This document shows positions 31,411 to 48,780 of a DNA stretch of 64,000 nucleotides, in pieces; the first letter of the stretch is position 1; every line of letters starts with the position of its first letter. Both the position numbers and the translations under genes were made by a program. The DNA is taken from the NCBI RefSeq assembly GCF_009914755.1, contig NC_060933.1; one strand, 5' to 3'. This DNA comes from the human T2T-CHM13v2.0 reference genome, Homo sapiens. The notes below the pieces were generated by a model, which was not told the origin of the DNA, made no database searches, and was given only the letters and a program-made list of their open reading frames with translations.

Positions 31411-32256
31411 TGATTGCATGCACAGGATCCAGTGAGGGAGGAGTTGGTCTCACAATCCTGCAGACAATTCCCACCTCAGCTGTGACCTTGCCTGTTCTTC
31501 CCTTGCCCCTGTGACTCACCTGTGCAGTTCCTAAGGAGATGGATATAACCCCATCCCAGCATGACTAGACTGCCTTTGTTAGAAATTACTTTGCTCCAGG
31601 AGACTCTGAGCACAAACCTATTCTTAAGCTTGTACTGGTAGCCCCATGCCTGTAAGGTGCTGGGGAGAAAGACCACGTGAGAGAGAGAGGTAGCCTGGAA
31701 GCAAAGGACCATAAAATAGCACCTCCAGTCTCAGCGTAACCGTTCACGTGATGCGATACAGGCACCATATTTTCTGGGTCTAGCATGTCAGTAAATAATA
31801 TGCCACAGATGTTGCTGAATATTTTATGATTAACGTGCCCCAGGAGTCCCTAAATGTTTTATAATTTCTGGGTAAAGAAAAAAAGCATCCAGCACTGTGC
31901 ACTCTTAGCAGCAAGCTCAGAATTATTATGATGCCTAAGGTGGGAGGCATTCCCTCTTCTCATAATCACACTTTCAATGGTTACAAAGGTTAAAGCGTCA
32001 GTTCAGGGTGAACAGTGCAAACACAGGAACGTAGCATCTAACAGGAGGGGCAGAGACTAATTTCAGGACCACTATAATGACTCCATGGCTTGAATATGGA
32101 TATAATCAGTCTTGAAAGATGAGACTGATGTCTCTGGCTTTTTTGGATTGAAGCCCTTTTTGGATTGATCTGTGGAGCAGGAGTGTTTTCTTTATGATGG
32201 GGAGGTACAGTTGTTTGTTTATAAGGGATGCATTTATCTCAAGAATTGGTTTCCTC

Positions 32257-32682
32257 TGTCATTCTCAGCAAACTAACACAGGAACAGAAAACCAAACACC
32301 ACATGTTCTCACTCATAGGTGGGAGCTGAGCAATGAAAACACATGGACACAGGGAGGGGAACATCACACACCAGGGCCTATCGGGGGTGGGGGGCTAGGG
32401 GAGGGATAGCATTAAGAGAAATACCTAATGTAGATGATGGGTTGATGGGTGCAGCAAACCACCATGGCACATGTATACCTATGTAACAAACCTGGACGTT
32501 CTGCACGTGTACCCCAGAACTTAAAGTATAATAATTAAAAAAAAAAAGACCTGGACTTTAAGGTCAAATAGATGTGGATTTAAATCTAGCTCCCTGATCT
32601 GCAGATGCTTATTTGTGAAATTAATATAAGTCCTATTTTTCAGAGTTGTTATGAAGATACAATAAAAAAGGTATCTAAAAAA
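32257..32682 (+). mobile_element. 5'-truncated L1PA7-like 3' end (32257-32547) carrying a ~129-bp 3' transduction (32548-32676) and a second A-tail
   Basis: L1 3'UTR then A11; unrelated segment with AATAAA (32661-32666); A8; TSD aattggtttcctc at 32244-32256 and 32683-32695. Confidence 0.88.
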
Positions 32683-32747
32683 AATTGGTTTCCTCCTAAG
32701 AAGTAAATCTTCATGGCCCTCTATATTTAACACACCTCTACATTGTT

Positions 32748-32766
32748 TAAACAGCAGAGGGCGCCC
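32748..32766 (+). promoter_or_regulatory. Candidate CTCF motif
   Basis: acagcagagggcgc vs core CCASYAGRKGGCRS (one mismatch). Confidence 0.45.
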
Positions 32767-32939
32767 TATTGACAGCAAACTTACACCCAACAGCGGGGAC
32801 CAAATGGTCTCAGGGGTGTGTGTACCCTTAATCTACCTCTGCATATACCTTCAGTGAACTCAGAGTGGAATCTGGCTCCGCAGGTCAGGGTAGGAGACAA
32901 GGTAAAATTAGAGAGCTGTGGAGGAGGGGTGAAACAGTG

Positions 32940-33140
32940 TGGGGTCATGGTGAATGAAGCCCATGGACTTAGGGCACATGATTGCAGATTCAAATTCCAG
33001 CATTGCTTCTTACTAGCTCTGTGTCCTTGAGTTATTTGTCCTCCCTTCAGTTTCCTTATTAATACAGTGGTGATAGATACTTGTTTGTAAAGCCCTTGGC
33101 CCAATGCCTGGCCTATGCGAATTACCCAATAAATATTAAC
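32940..33140 (+). mobile_element. MIR SINE
   Basis: gattcaaattccagc...tactagctctgtgtccttgag...ttcagtttcctt. Confidence 0.65.
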
Positions 33141-35050
33141 TTAAAAAAAAAAAAGCAAGCAAGTAAACACTCTCAGGTTCTGACTAGGAGAAGATAGAAG
33201 CAGAAAATGAGCAGGGAGCCTATTCGCCCACAAGCCTGGAATGACTCATTCTGGAAAATGTTACACAGACTAAGGATTGATATATATGCTCATTTACTGA
33301 TTTTAAACAATCCTTTATTGGTTGCAAATAGGTTTTGCTTATTTTATAATTGTTTTCCATTTATTTGGGAGGTGCTGGTACTTTTTCACACCAAAATGAT
33401 TTGACAGTGTAAAATTCTAAAATAGAAGTCTGAAATCATACTATGAAATAATTCTTTTTTTTTCAGGGAGTAATTGGATATGACCAAGAAAAACAGCTAA
33501 TTTAAAGAAAAGTGATGTAAACTATTGGGACATCTTTCTAAACCTCGCTTCAGATTTTGGGGTTTGAAGATGCAAAGGAAATGGCTCCTCGTCATTCTTC
33601 AATTTGAATGATGGGGACCTCCCTTGACATAGTTGATAGAATTTCAGAGCAGGAAGTGTCCTTAAGGGTCTCACACTTTAATAAGTACCCTTACCCACCC
33701 CTTCCGCCCCCCACACTCCCCACCCAATTAAATAAATATCTCTTGGTGTGAGGCTAGGTTATCAGCACTGTTACAAGCTTCTCATGCAATTCTTATATGC
33801 AACGGTACTGTGAACCTTTGATCTATGCCCATCATTTTACAGCTGGGGAAAGTACTTTTTGCTAGTGGGGAAGATATTTGCCTATCCTCCAAGCAGCCTT
33901 CAAAATGATGGTCTTAAAACAGAAATTTAGCAGATTAAAAGCCCTCAATGCCCTCTCTGCTCTCCCATCTCTCTCCAGCTTTCAGGACAAAGTTCAGGAC
34001 TTCCAGTTAAATCACAATTCCTTTCAGTATTTGCCTCAGTTTTTCTATTCCCCTTACCTCACTTCCTACACCCTTCTCTCTAGTCAGGCCCAACTGCTTG
34101 CAGTTCTGGAATGTGGGGTGGCGCTGCCCAGTGTCATATCTTAACAAATGCCTTTCCTTCCTCCTGCTAGGCTGTCTTTATCTCTTTCTTCATTTTCAAA
34201 ATGCAGCTCAAGCTGAGACATCCAAGTAGTGAGGGAAAGAGGGAGCATTAGTGGTTGATATCCTGTGTCAAAACATCGTGGATTTTTTTTTTTTTAAAGA
34301 CTGGGAAAGTTCCTCGAGATTCTCTAAGTTCAAGCTCAGACGCTTTCAGGGCTAGGCTGGTATCGTAAATGTGTGAAGGAAAACCGGATATGAGACAAAA
34401 AGGTGACAGGACCCTGGCCATCTGGAGAGCAGGTGTCCCATTTAAAGGTGATTAAATTCAACTTTTTGAGAAGCACTGAACGTTCAGCCCAGGAGCTACC
34501 AATTTGCCACCCCTCCAATCACCCTGGTTTACAGAGAAACTGAGAGCCCATGTGAGTCAGCTGAGGACTTGGTTGTATACAGCAACGGGAGAGCCCAGGC
34601 CTTCTGAATCCAGGTTCAATCTTCTTCATAGCATGCAATAAACCTTTGGCACATTTTCCTTCTCAATTTTATTGCATTTATTCCACATAATAATAAAGAC
34701 CAACATTTATACAATGGTATACAATTAGTAAAAAAGAGCCCTCGCTTTATTTTAAAAACTGCAGATCAGGAAGGTGCTATAGAAACATGTATATTACTTC
34801 CTGTTGGACTTCTTGTCTACAGAGGCAGAAGGCAACCTTCATTAGGTCTGCCTGGAAGCCGGTCTCAGCTCCAGTGATATTCTAGTCTGAGACCATGTAG
34901 GGGGCAAGTGAATCCTTGCCAAGCTTCTCTCCCCACTCACAGTTACTGTGCAATGAAATCTTATCTCTGATGTCTGATTTATGGATTACCCTCTCTAGGC
35001 TGCCTGGATGGATTTTATCCCTTAAGGATTATTAAAAATAAAAACATCTT

Positions 35051-35379
<329 letters not shown>

Positions 35380-36002
35380 CTAGAAGAAAGAGGTTTGTTC
35401 AACCAGACAAAAGTATACACTGAAATGTCAGTGTTATCCTCCTATGTGACCGAGACGGAGGCTGAACATTTTCTCTGGCTTGGTGGATCGCTCCTGTACT
35501 GGCTGGGTACCTAAAGCATCCCCTTTGGGAGAGAGGAAAGGCTTTGCTCTCACACGTGGACACCCTGGGCTCATTGGTCTGCTTCAGGGGTCACGGTCCA
35601 AACGAAGGTGTGGAGACTACGTGGATCTGCTCTTGGCTTTTCTGAAAGAAGCTGCTCTCAATTCCCAGTTTCTATTTACCTCAAGAGACAACTATACAAA
35701 TAGCTATGTTGGCTTCTTTGCTAAAGGATTCACTGTTGTAGACAGAGGAGAGTCTTACATACATCATGCCATCAGCAGGGGTGGGAAGTAGATAGCAGAA
35801 ATAAGGAGAAAAGGGAGTGTGGTGTGCAGGGTATTATGTATCTTGATTGGTCAGTAGATGGCACAGGCTTGGAGTGGAGGGGCTGAGATTTAGGGATATC
35901 TATTATTTATCAAGGTGACTCTCCCTTTCCTCCACATTAAAGCATCTCATAATAGATGGGAGACCTCCCTCCTTCCCGGACACTTATCATCCCTCTGTCT
36001 TG

Positions 36003-36080
36003 TTGTTATGTTGTGGTTACCAATAGTGGTATGAGATACAGTTTGTTATGTTGTGGTTACCAATAGTTTATGAGATACAG
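36003..36080. repeat. Tandem duplication of a ~39-bp unit
   Basis: ttgttatgttgtggttaccaatagt..tatgagatacag at 36003-36041 and 36043-36080. Confidence 0.9.
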
Positions 36081-36686
36081 ACAACTCCCCTGCCCAGTAC
36101 TCCTGAATGGCCAGGTGTGTCTGTGTTCATGCTGTGGTCACAGAAAGGGAAAACTCTCCTTGCAAAGCAGATGAGTCTGTGTTTCAGGCAAACACTTTAA
36201 TGTCACTTTCTTGCCTTGAAAGTCTAGATTGAAGAAATACGCATATTTGCAATACAAGGAAAAAATATAAATTTAAAAGAAAAATAAAACCATAAGAATG
36301 AAGGAACAGTAAATTATCTTTTTACTCTATAGAGGGAAAGGACAAATTATAGAGTTGTTTTAAATAGCAAGATGTCCAATAATTTTGAAAATATTTCCCT
36401 TTAGGTACAACTTTTAAGAAACACAATGGTATTTTTTTGTGTAGTATTTATATTATTTTCACTTTTCATTTTATTTCATTTTTTAATTATACTTTAAGTT
36501 CTAGGGTACATGTGCACAACGTGCAGGTTTGTTACATAGGTATACATGTGCCATGTTGGTTTGCTGCACCCATCAACTCGTCATTTATATTAGGTATTTC
36601 TCTAATGCTATCCCTCCCCCAGACCGCACCCCCTGACAGGCCCAGTGTGTGATGTTCCCTGTGCTGTGTCCACGTGTTCTCATTGT

Positions 36687-40496
<3,810 letters not shown>

Positions 40497-40559
40497 TATG
40501 ATGTTAGCTGGTTATTTTGCCCATTAATTGATGCAGTTTCTTCATAGTGTTGATGGTCT

Positions 40560-41569
40560 TTACAATTAGGCATGTTTTTGCAGTGGCTGGTACCTGTTGT
40601 CCTTTCCATGTTTAGTGCTTTCTTCAGGAGCTCTTGTAAGGCAGGCCTGGTATCTCTCAGCATTTGCTTGTCTGTAAAGGATATTATTTCTCCTTCGCTT
40701 ATGAAGCTTAGTTTGGCTGGATATGAAATTCTGGGTTGAAAATTCTTTTCTTTAAGGTTGTTGACTATTGGCCCCCACTCTCTTCTGGCTTGTGGGGTTT
40801 CCCGAGAGATCTGCTATTAGTTTGATGGGCTTCCCTTTGTGGGTAACCTGACCTTTCTCTCTGGCTGCCCTTAACATTTTTTCCTTCATTTCAACTTTGG
40901 TGAATCTGACAATTATGTGTCTTGTGGTTGTTCTTCTCGAGGGGTATCTTTGTGGTGTTCTCTATATTTCCTGAATTTGAATGTTGGCCTGCTTTGCTAG
41001 GTTGGGGAAGTTCTCCTGAATAATATCCTGAGGAGTGTTTTCTAACTTGGTTCCATTCTCCCTGTCACTTTCCGGTACACCAATCAAATGTTGATTTGGT
41101 CTTTTCACATAGTCCTATATTTCTTGGAGGCTTTGTTCATTTCTTTCCACTCTTTTTTCTCTAACCTTGTCTTCTCGCTTTGTTTCCTTAATTTGATCTT
41201 CAATCACTGATAGCCTTTCTTCTACTTGATTGAATTGGCTATTGAAGCTTGTGGATGCTTCACGAAGTTCTCATGCTGTGGTTTTCAGCTCCATCAGGTC
41301 ATTTAAGGTCTTCTCTACACTATTCTAGTTAGGCATTCATCTAATCTTTTTTCAAGGTTTTTAGCTTCCTTGCGATGGGTTAGAACAAGCTCCTTTAGCT
41401 GGGAGAAGTTTGTTATTACCGACTTTCTGAAGCCTACTTCTGTCAACTCGTCAAACTTACTCTCCATCCAGTTTTGTTCCCTTGCTGGCAAGGAGCTGAG
41501 ATCCTCTGGAGGAGAAGACATGCTCTGGTTTTTGGAATTTTCACCTTTTCTGCTCTGGTTTCTCCCCAT
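40560..41569 (-). pseudogene. L1 ORF1 remnant
   Basis: MGRNQSRKGENSKNQSMSSPP... stops at 41315. Confidence 0.88.
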
Positions 41570-43385
41570 CTTTGTGGTTTTATCTACCTTTGGTCTTTGA
41601 TGTTGGTGAACTACAATGGGGTTTTGGGGTGGATGTCCTTTTTGTTGATGTTGATGCTACTCCTTTCTGTTTGTTAGTTTTCCTTCTAACAGACAGGCCC
41701 CTCAGCTGCAGGTCTGTTGGAGTTTGCTGGAGGTCCACTCTGACCCTGTTTTGCTGGGTATCTCCAGCAGAGGCTACAGAACAGCAAATATTGCTGCCTG
41801 ATCCTTTCTCTGGAAGCTTCATCCCAGAGAGGTACTCGCTTGTTTGAAGTGTCTGTCAGCCCCTACTGGGAGGTGTCTCCCAGTCAGGCTACACAGGGGT
41901 CAGGGACCCACTTGAGGAAGCAATTTGTCCATTCTCAGAGCTTGAATGCCATGCTGAGGGAACCACTGGACGTTTAAGTCTGCAGAAGCTGTTTACTGCC
42001 TTTTGTTCAGATATGCCCTGCCCCTAGAGGTGGAATCTAGAGAGGCAGTAGTCCTTGCTAAGCTATGGTGGACCCCACCCAATTCAAGCTTCCCAGCTGC
42101 TTTGTTTACACTGTGAGCTACTCAAGCCTCACAATGGCGGATGCCCCCCTCCCTCATCAAGCTGCACCATTGCAAGTTAATCTCAGACTGCTGCACTAGC
42201 AGTGAGCAAGCCTCTGTGGGCATGGGACCCACCGGGCCAGGCATGGGAGGGTACCTCCTGGTCGGCTGGTTGCTGAGACCATGGGAAAAGTGCAGTATTT
42301 GGTCAGGAGTGTACCATTTCTCCAGGTACAGTCTGTCTCAGTTCCCTTGGGTGGGAAAGGGAAATCCCTTGGCCCCTTGTGCTTCCTGGTTGAGGCAATG
42401 CTGTGACCTGCTTCAGCTTGCTCTCCATGGGCTGCATCCCCTGTCCAACCAGTCCCAGTGAGATGAACCAGTACCTCAGTTGGAAATGCAGAAATCACCC
42501 GTCATCTGCATCGATCTCACTGGGAGCTGCAGACTGGAGCTATTCCTATTTGGCCATCTTGGAAGCGACCCCCTTCACTATTCATTTTAAATACAAAGCT
42601 GATCTTAGATATATAGAAACCTAAGCTATCTTTAAAGATAAGAAAGTTCATATTTATAAAGGTCTTCCTTTCCACTCTGATTTCATGATTTTCATAAATA
42701 TAACTAAACTGTGATTTGTCATAAGCCAAAGTCACAAGTTGGACTTGTAACTGCAATGTATTAAATTTATATTTAGGCATTACATCTGTGTATCACTGTG
42801 TCCTTATGTATCTGATACTGTGAGATCAACAAAGCCTGGAGAAAGTGCTGGAGACACCTTCCTTATAGTCTAGTTCTTAGAAAACTCTCAATATTCAAAA
42901 GGCATTACATTTATTCTTTAAAACATTTTAAATAAGAAATGACTCCATTAAACAATCCACAAAGAAAGCCATCTCTCTTAAAGCTTTCCATGTTCATAAA
43001 ACTCCCCAAATGTGTAGTTTTTATTTGGTAATTTAATTTCTGCTGCAGATGTCTATCCAATTTATTTGCGATTTATCACCGATTTTAATTTATAGTGAAA
43101 GTACTGGGCCAGATTTGTAAAGAGATAATATTTTTCTCCTCATTTCATTCTAGATTCAATGAATAATTGGTCTTTCCCATTATTATTAATTTATCTTTGC
43201 ACACTAATGCTTTTGAACAATGATGAGTTTCACAAAATTCTTCTCCAGCTGTCACCTGGAAACTTTTTGTGCCAATGTTATTTTAGATTTATGCTAATAA
43301 AAATTTATTCCAGTTTTAAGACTTTAAATCCTCCTACATTTACTTGCCAAATACACCGTGTGAGTTCTTGAACAAGTTGCCTCCT

Positions 43386-45713
43386 TGCATCAGTCCATTT
43401 TCATGCTGCTGATAAAGACATACCTGAGACTGGGGAATTTACAAAAGAAATAGTTTCATTGGACTTACAGTTTCACATGGCTGGGGAGGCCTCACAATCG
43501 TGGTGGAAGGCAAGGAGGAGCAAGTCACATCTTACATAGATGGCAGCGGCAAAATGAGAGCTTGTGCAGAAAAACTCCCGTTTTTAAAACCATCAGATCT
43601 CATGTGACCCATTCACTATCACAAGGACAGCACAGGAGAGACCTGCCCTCATGATTCAATCATCTCTCACTGGGTTCCTTCCCACAATATGTGGGAATTA
43701 TGGAAGCTCCAAGGTGAGATTTGTGTGGGGACACAGGGCTAAACCATATTGTTCTGCCCGGCCCCTGTAAAATCTCATATCTGCACATTTCAAAACCAAT
43801 TATGCCTTCCCAACAGTCCCCCAAACTCTCAACTCATTTCAGCATTAACTCAAAAGTCCACAGCCAAAGTCTCATCTGAGACAAGGCAAGTCCCTTCCTC
43901 CTATGACCCTGTAAAATCAAAAGCAAGTTAGTTCCTTCCTAGATACAATGGGGATACAGGCATTGGGTAAATACAGCCATTCCAAATGGGAGAAATTGGC
44001 TGAAACAAAGGGGCTAAAGGCCCCAGGCAAGTCTGAAATCCAGTAGAGCAGTCAAATCTTAAAGCTCAAAGTGATCACCTTTGATTCCATGTCTCACATC
44101 CAGGTCCGCTGATGCAAGAGGTGGATTCCCATGGTCTTGGGGAGCTCTGCCCCTGTGCTTTGCAGGGTACAGCCTCCCTCCTGGCTGCTTTCATGGACTG
44201 ATGTTGAGTGTCTGAATCTTTTCCAGGTGCACAGTGCAAACTTTTGGTGGATCTACCATTCTGGGAGCACAGTGCAAACTGTTGGTGGATCTATCATTCT
44301 GGGGTCTGGAGGATGGTGGCCGTCTTCTCACAGCTCCACTAAGTGGTATCCCAGTAGTGACTCTGTGGGGGGGCTCCAACCCCACATTTCCCTTCCATAC
44401 TGCCCTAGCAGAGGTTCTCCATGAGGGCCCCACCCCTGCAGCAAACTTCTGCCTGGGCATCCAGGCATTTCCATACATCCTCTGAAATCTAGGTGGAGGT
44501 TCCTAAACCTCAATGCTTGATTTCTGTGCACCTGCAGGCTCAACACCATGTGGAAGCTGCCAAAGCTTGGGGCTTCCACCCTCTGAAGCCACGGCCTGAG
44601 CTCTATGTTGGCCCATTTCAGCCATGGCTGGGGCAGCTGGGACACAGGGCACGAAGTGCCTAGGCTGCACACAGCATGGGGACCTTGGGCCTGGCCCCCG
44701 AAACCACTTTTTCCTCCTAGGCCTCTGGGCCTGTGGTGGGAGGGGCTGCTGCAAAGGTCTCTGACAGTTGGAGATAGTTTCCCCATTGTCTTGGTGATTA
44801 ACGTTTGGCTCCTCATTACTTATGCAAATTTCTGCAGCTCACTTGAATTTTTCCTCAGAAAATGGGATTTTCTTTTCTATTGCATTGTCAGGCTGCAAAT
44901 TTTCTAAACTTTTATGCTCTGTTTCCCTTTTGAAACTGAATGCCTTTAACAGCGTCCAACTTTCCTCTTGAATGCTTTGTTGCTTAGAAATTTCTTCCAC
45001 CATATACCCTAAATCATCTCTCTCAAGTTCAAAGCTCCACAAATCTCTAGGGCAGGGGCAAAATGCTGCCAGTCTTTTTGCTAAAAAATAACAAGAGTCA
45101 CCTTTGCTCCAGTTCCCAATAAGTTCCTCATCTCCATCTGACACCACCTCAGCCTAAATTTCATTGTCCATATCATTATCAGCATTTTGGTAAAAGCCAT
45201 TCAACAAGTCTCTAGGGAGTTCCAAACTTTCTCACATTTTCCTCTTCTTCTGAGCCCTCCAAACTGTTCCAACCTCTGCCTGTTACTTAGTTTCAAGGTT
45301 GCTTCCACATTTTTGGGTATCTTTTCAGCAGTGTCCCACTCTACTGGTACCAATTTATTGTGTTAGTCTGTTTTCATGCTCCTGATAAAGTCATACCTGA
45401 GATTGGGCAATTTACAAAAGAAAGAGGTTTATTGGACTTCCAGTTCCACATGGCTGGGGAGGCCTCACAATCATGGCAGAAGGATGAGCAAGTCACATCT
45501 TACATGGATGGCAGCAGGCAAAAAGAGAGCAGAGAAACTCCCATTTTAAAAACCATCAGAACTCGTGAGACCCACTCACTCTCACGAGAACAGCATTGAA
45601 AAGACCTACCCCCATGATTCAATCATCTCCCACTGGGTCCTTCCCACAACAAGTGGGAATTATGGGAGCTACAAGATGAGATTTGGGTGGGGACACAGAG
45701 CCAAACCATATCA
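43386..45713 (-). mobile_element. Complete THE1B-like ERVL-MaLR element: 5' LTR 45359-45713, internal 43752-45358, 3' LTR 43386-43751
   Basis: Two similar ~360-bp LTRs ending aaaccatat(ca) on +; ~1.6-kb THE1 internal region beginning aaattggtaccagtagagtggg on -. Confidence 0.92.
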
Positions 45714-45786
45714 CTATTACACGAGTCAGAATATCCTTGTCTATATAGTGAAAATGTAATACTTGTCTCCCTTCTTCAGAAAAAGG

Positions 45787-46020
45787 CAGTGTAGCCCAAT
45801 GGTTGAGAGAAATGATTTCTGTAGTCATATGGGCCAGTGTTCAAGTCTTAGCTCTGCAACTTAATACAGTGTGACTCTGGGAAATTTCCTTAATCTTTCT
45901 GAGGCTCAGTTTCCTCATCTAGACAATGGAGAAAATAATAATACTTATAGGGTTGTTATGAAGATGAAATCCAGCCATTATTTTATGTGCTTAGTATAAT
46001 ACTGGGCATATTGTGTGTTT
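45787..46020 (+). mobile_element. MIR SINE
   Basis: gaggctcagtttcctcatctagacaatggag...tagggttgttatgaagat. Confidence 0.8.
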
Positions 46021-46784
46021 CCTCAACTAACTGTGGCATATTTATGCATCTACAGGTACATATTTGTGAAGATCAAATAAAATATACACAAAATTGGTTT
46101 ATAAGTGATAAAGAGCTATTCAGATGTGCTGGCATCATTAGCTGAGCATTCTAGTATATTTTTTGAGCCCAGACTTTGAGTTAAAACCTCCTGGGGACCT
46201 GAATAAAGCAACCATTGAGCCACTAGATCCACAGGAAGGCCTACCCTTTTCCACCCTCTGTCTCTGGCCCCAATACCACCCTCCATCTACTGTGCAGCCA
46301 CTGTATTCTAGGCCCTGTGCTTTGCCTTCCTTGTTATTAACCCCCACAACAGTCCTTCAAGATAGATATGATAATTCATGTTTTGTAGATGAAACGGAGC
46401 TTAGCTCTTTTAAGTAACTTGTTTTATCATTGTATAGCTCTTACATTAGGGAATTAAGGTGAAAACACAAGTTGCTCTGGTGTTAAAGTACATGCATTTT
46501 TCACCGTACCATGTCTTCAAACAACAGTGGCAAACCAGACCGACTTGTACTTTGTCCTGGATCTGACGCTCCCACACCCTAGCAACTCTAGGTACGTTGG
46601 CTTACCACTAGAGGATAGGTTTCTTCATACATGAAATGACAGTAGCAAGACCTACCCTATAGGAATTTGTAAGTATTAAACAGAAAAGCATATAGTCAGT
46701 GATAATAAAGAATATTTCTTCATATTTTGTCTTCTGGTACTTTCCATCTCCCAAGGGTTGCTGGAGAGCCGCTCCTCCTTCCCT

Positions 46785-46803
46785 AGGCCAGCAGGGGGCA
46801 GTA
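46785..46803 (+). promoter_or_regulatory. Candidate CTCF binding site
   Basis: aggCCAGCAGGGGGCAGta fits core CCASYAGRKGGCRS exactly, in non-repeat sequence. Confidence 0.6.
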
Positions 46804-47799
46804 GAGACCATAAAGGATCTGACCCAACCAGGAGGATCTCCTTAACCAACTGCCTCTGGGATCCTCCACCACTGTCTGGAATCTGAATTCGATCAGGTCC
46901 TTGGTAGTCTCTGATTCTGGCTCTTGGAATAGAAAAGAAGGAAAAACCTGTTATACACAATAACAGACACAGCTATCACAACAATAGTAATCCTTAGTGC
47001 TTGCGTTAAGACTCCAAATAGAAAGTTTTTATATTATACAGGAAGCGATTCACGTTGGCCCGGGGTTAGCAGTTTCATTAACCTCATGAAGACGTTAATA
47101 TCATTAGGAAGGCAGAAAGAGAAAACCTTCAACTCCTCCATTAGACCCAATTACAGAGCGCTGCTGCACAAAGGAGGCTGCTGCCGAGCTTGTCTGTGCT
47201 CAGGCTCGCAGCCGCAGTGATCCCATTAGATTGCCACTCACTGAAGTCATTAAAGCAGCCTCATTTGTGGTAAGAAACCATCATTCCCGAAATAGGTTGC
47301 TTTCAAGAAATGAATATGGGTAAGTGATAATGATGACAAATTAACACAAGATGATAAAGTAAATGCAAATGCAGGCTGGGCCAAACATTGATAGATGGAG
47401 CTGGGGGTGGTATATCCCAGTTGCTCTATTTGTGCTTGATTTCTTACAACAACACTATGAGATCGCATTATTTAAGTTTTTATTCTGATTTATCTGGCTC
47501 TGCTCCCACTTGCTGTCATGAACCCCTGCAAAGTCCTCTCTATGTTTTTCTGATAGTTCTCAAAGGCAGCAGCAGTGCAGAGCATGTCATGTGTATGACG
47601 AAGAAGTACGACCAGTTTCCACATGGTGTGCATGGTTTTATTCCCTTTCTCCTGATCTCAGGTGCCCATATACAGGGGTCAGTTACTCCCACTGGCCACG
47701 GTCCCCTCTGCTCTGTAAGGTGGCTGTTGCTTCTGCTGGTTATTTCTGTGGATGCTCTCCAGCTCTGGAGGTGCCAAACCTGTGGTGGTTTATGTGCAA

Positions 47800-47833
<34 letters not shown>

Positions 47834-47870
47834 ATGTGTGTGTGTGTGTGTGTGCATGTGTGTGTGTGTG
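47800..47870. repeat. Compound (TG)n(AG)n(TG)n microsatellite
   Basis: Direct observation. Confidence 0.95.
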
Positions 47871-47871
47871 A

Positions 47872-48182
<311 letters not shown>

Positions 48183-48780
48183 ACCTCTTCTCTTTTTAAA
48201 AAGAATCACATCCTCCTAGATACCCTCAACACAGTACTGAGAGGCCCCTGGGTTCTTTATGAAAATAGACCTCTTTTTGTCCACCCTGCCAATATATCAT
48301 TCTTCAAGATTGAGTCTAGATATCCTATTATCCAGGAAGTCTTCCCCAAGCACCCACATTGCTATGTGAGTATCTTCCATCCCTTTATGCCCTCAAACTA
48401 CTCTGCTTGCTGCTATCTTGGCATAGGATATCAACAACAGTCTAATGGGGCAGATGACACATGACTCCTTGTGGGCAGGGTATGACTTACTCACCTTTGT
48501 ATCCCCAGCACCTAGGAAACTGCCTAGCCCACAGTAGGTGCTGAATCTGTGTTTATGAAGTGAGCTTATTTCCTCTTTGTCTTTGAGATTTCTTTACCAC
48601 TGGTCCCTCCCCTGATCCCACCCCAGCCCCTAGCATTCTAACTTTCTCTAGTCAGCTCTTTCTGGTACCTGCCTTCTTTGGCATGATACCCTGAATGCCT
48701 GTTTTTACCTAGGGCTCTGGATTTGTGGTTTGGTTTTGAATTGTTCACTAGGTTTTAAACCAATACTTTTTTTTGGATGC

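Noticed and set aside
33452-33470. Strong splice acceptor tctttttttttcag|G
   Set aside because: Stops in all frames within ~40 nt and no clear downstream donor; insufficient to call an exon.
44131-45147. Overlapping 80-160 aa ORFs
   Set aside because: All lie in the THE1 internal region and are fragmented; no Gag/Pol motifs are visible.
43381-45718. 5-bp TSD for the THE1B element (ctcct / ctatt)
   Set aside because: Only 3 of 5 bases match, so it was not used as evidence.
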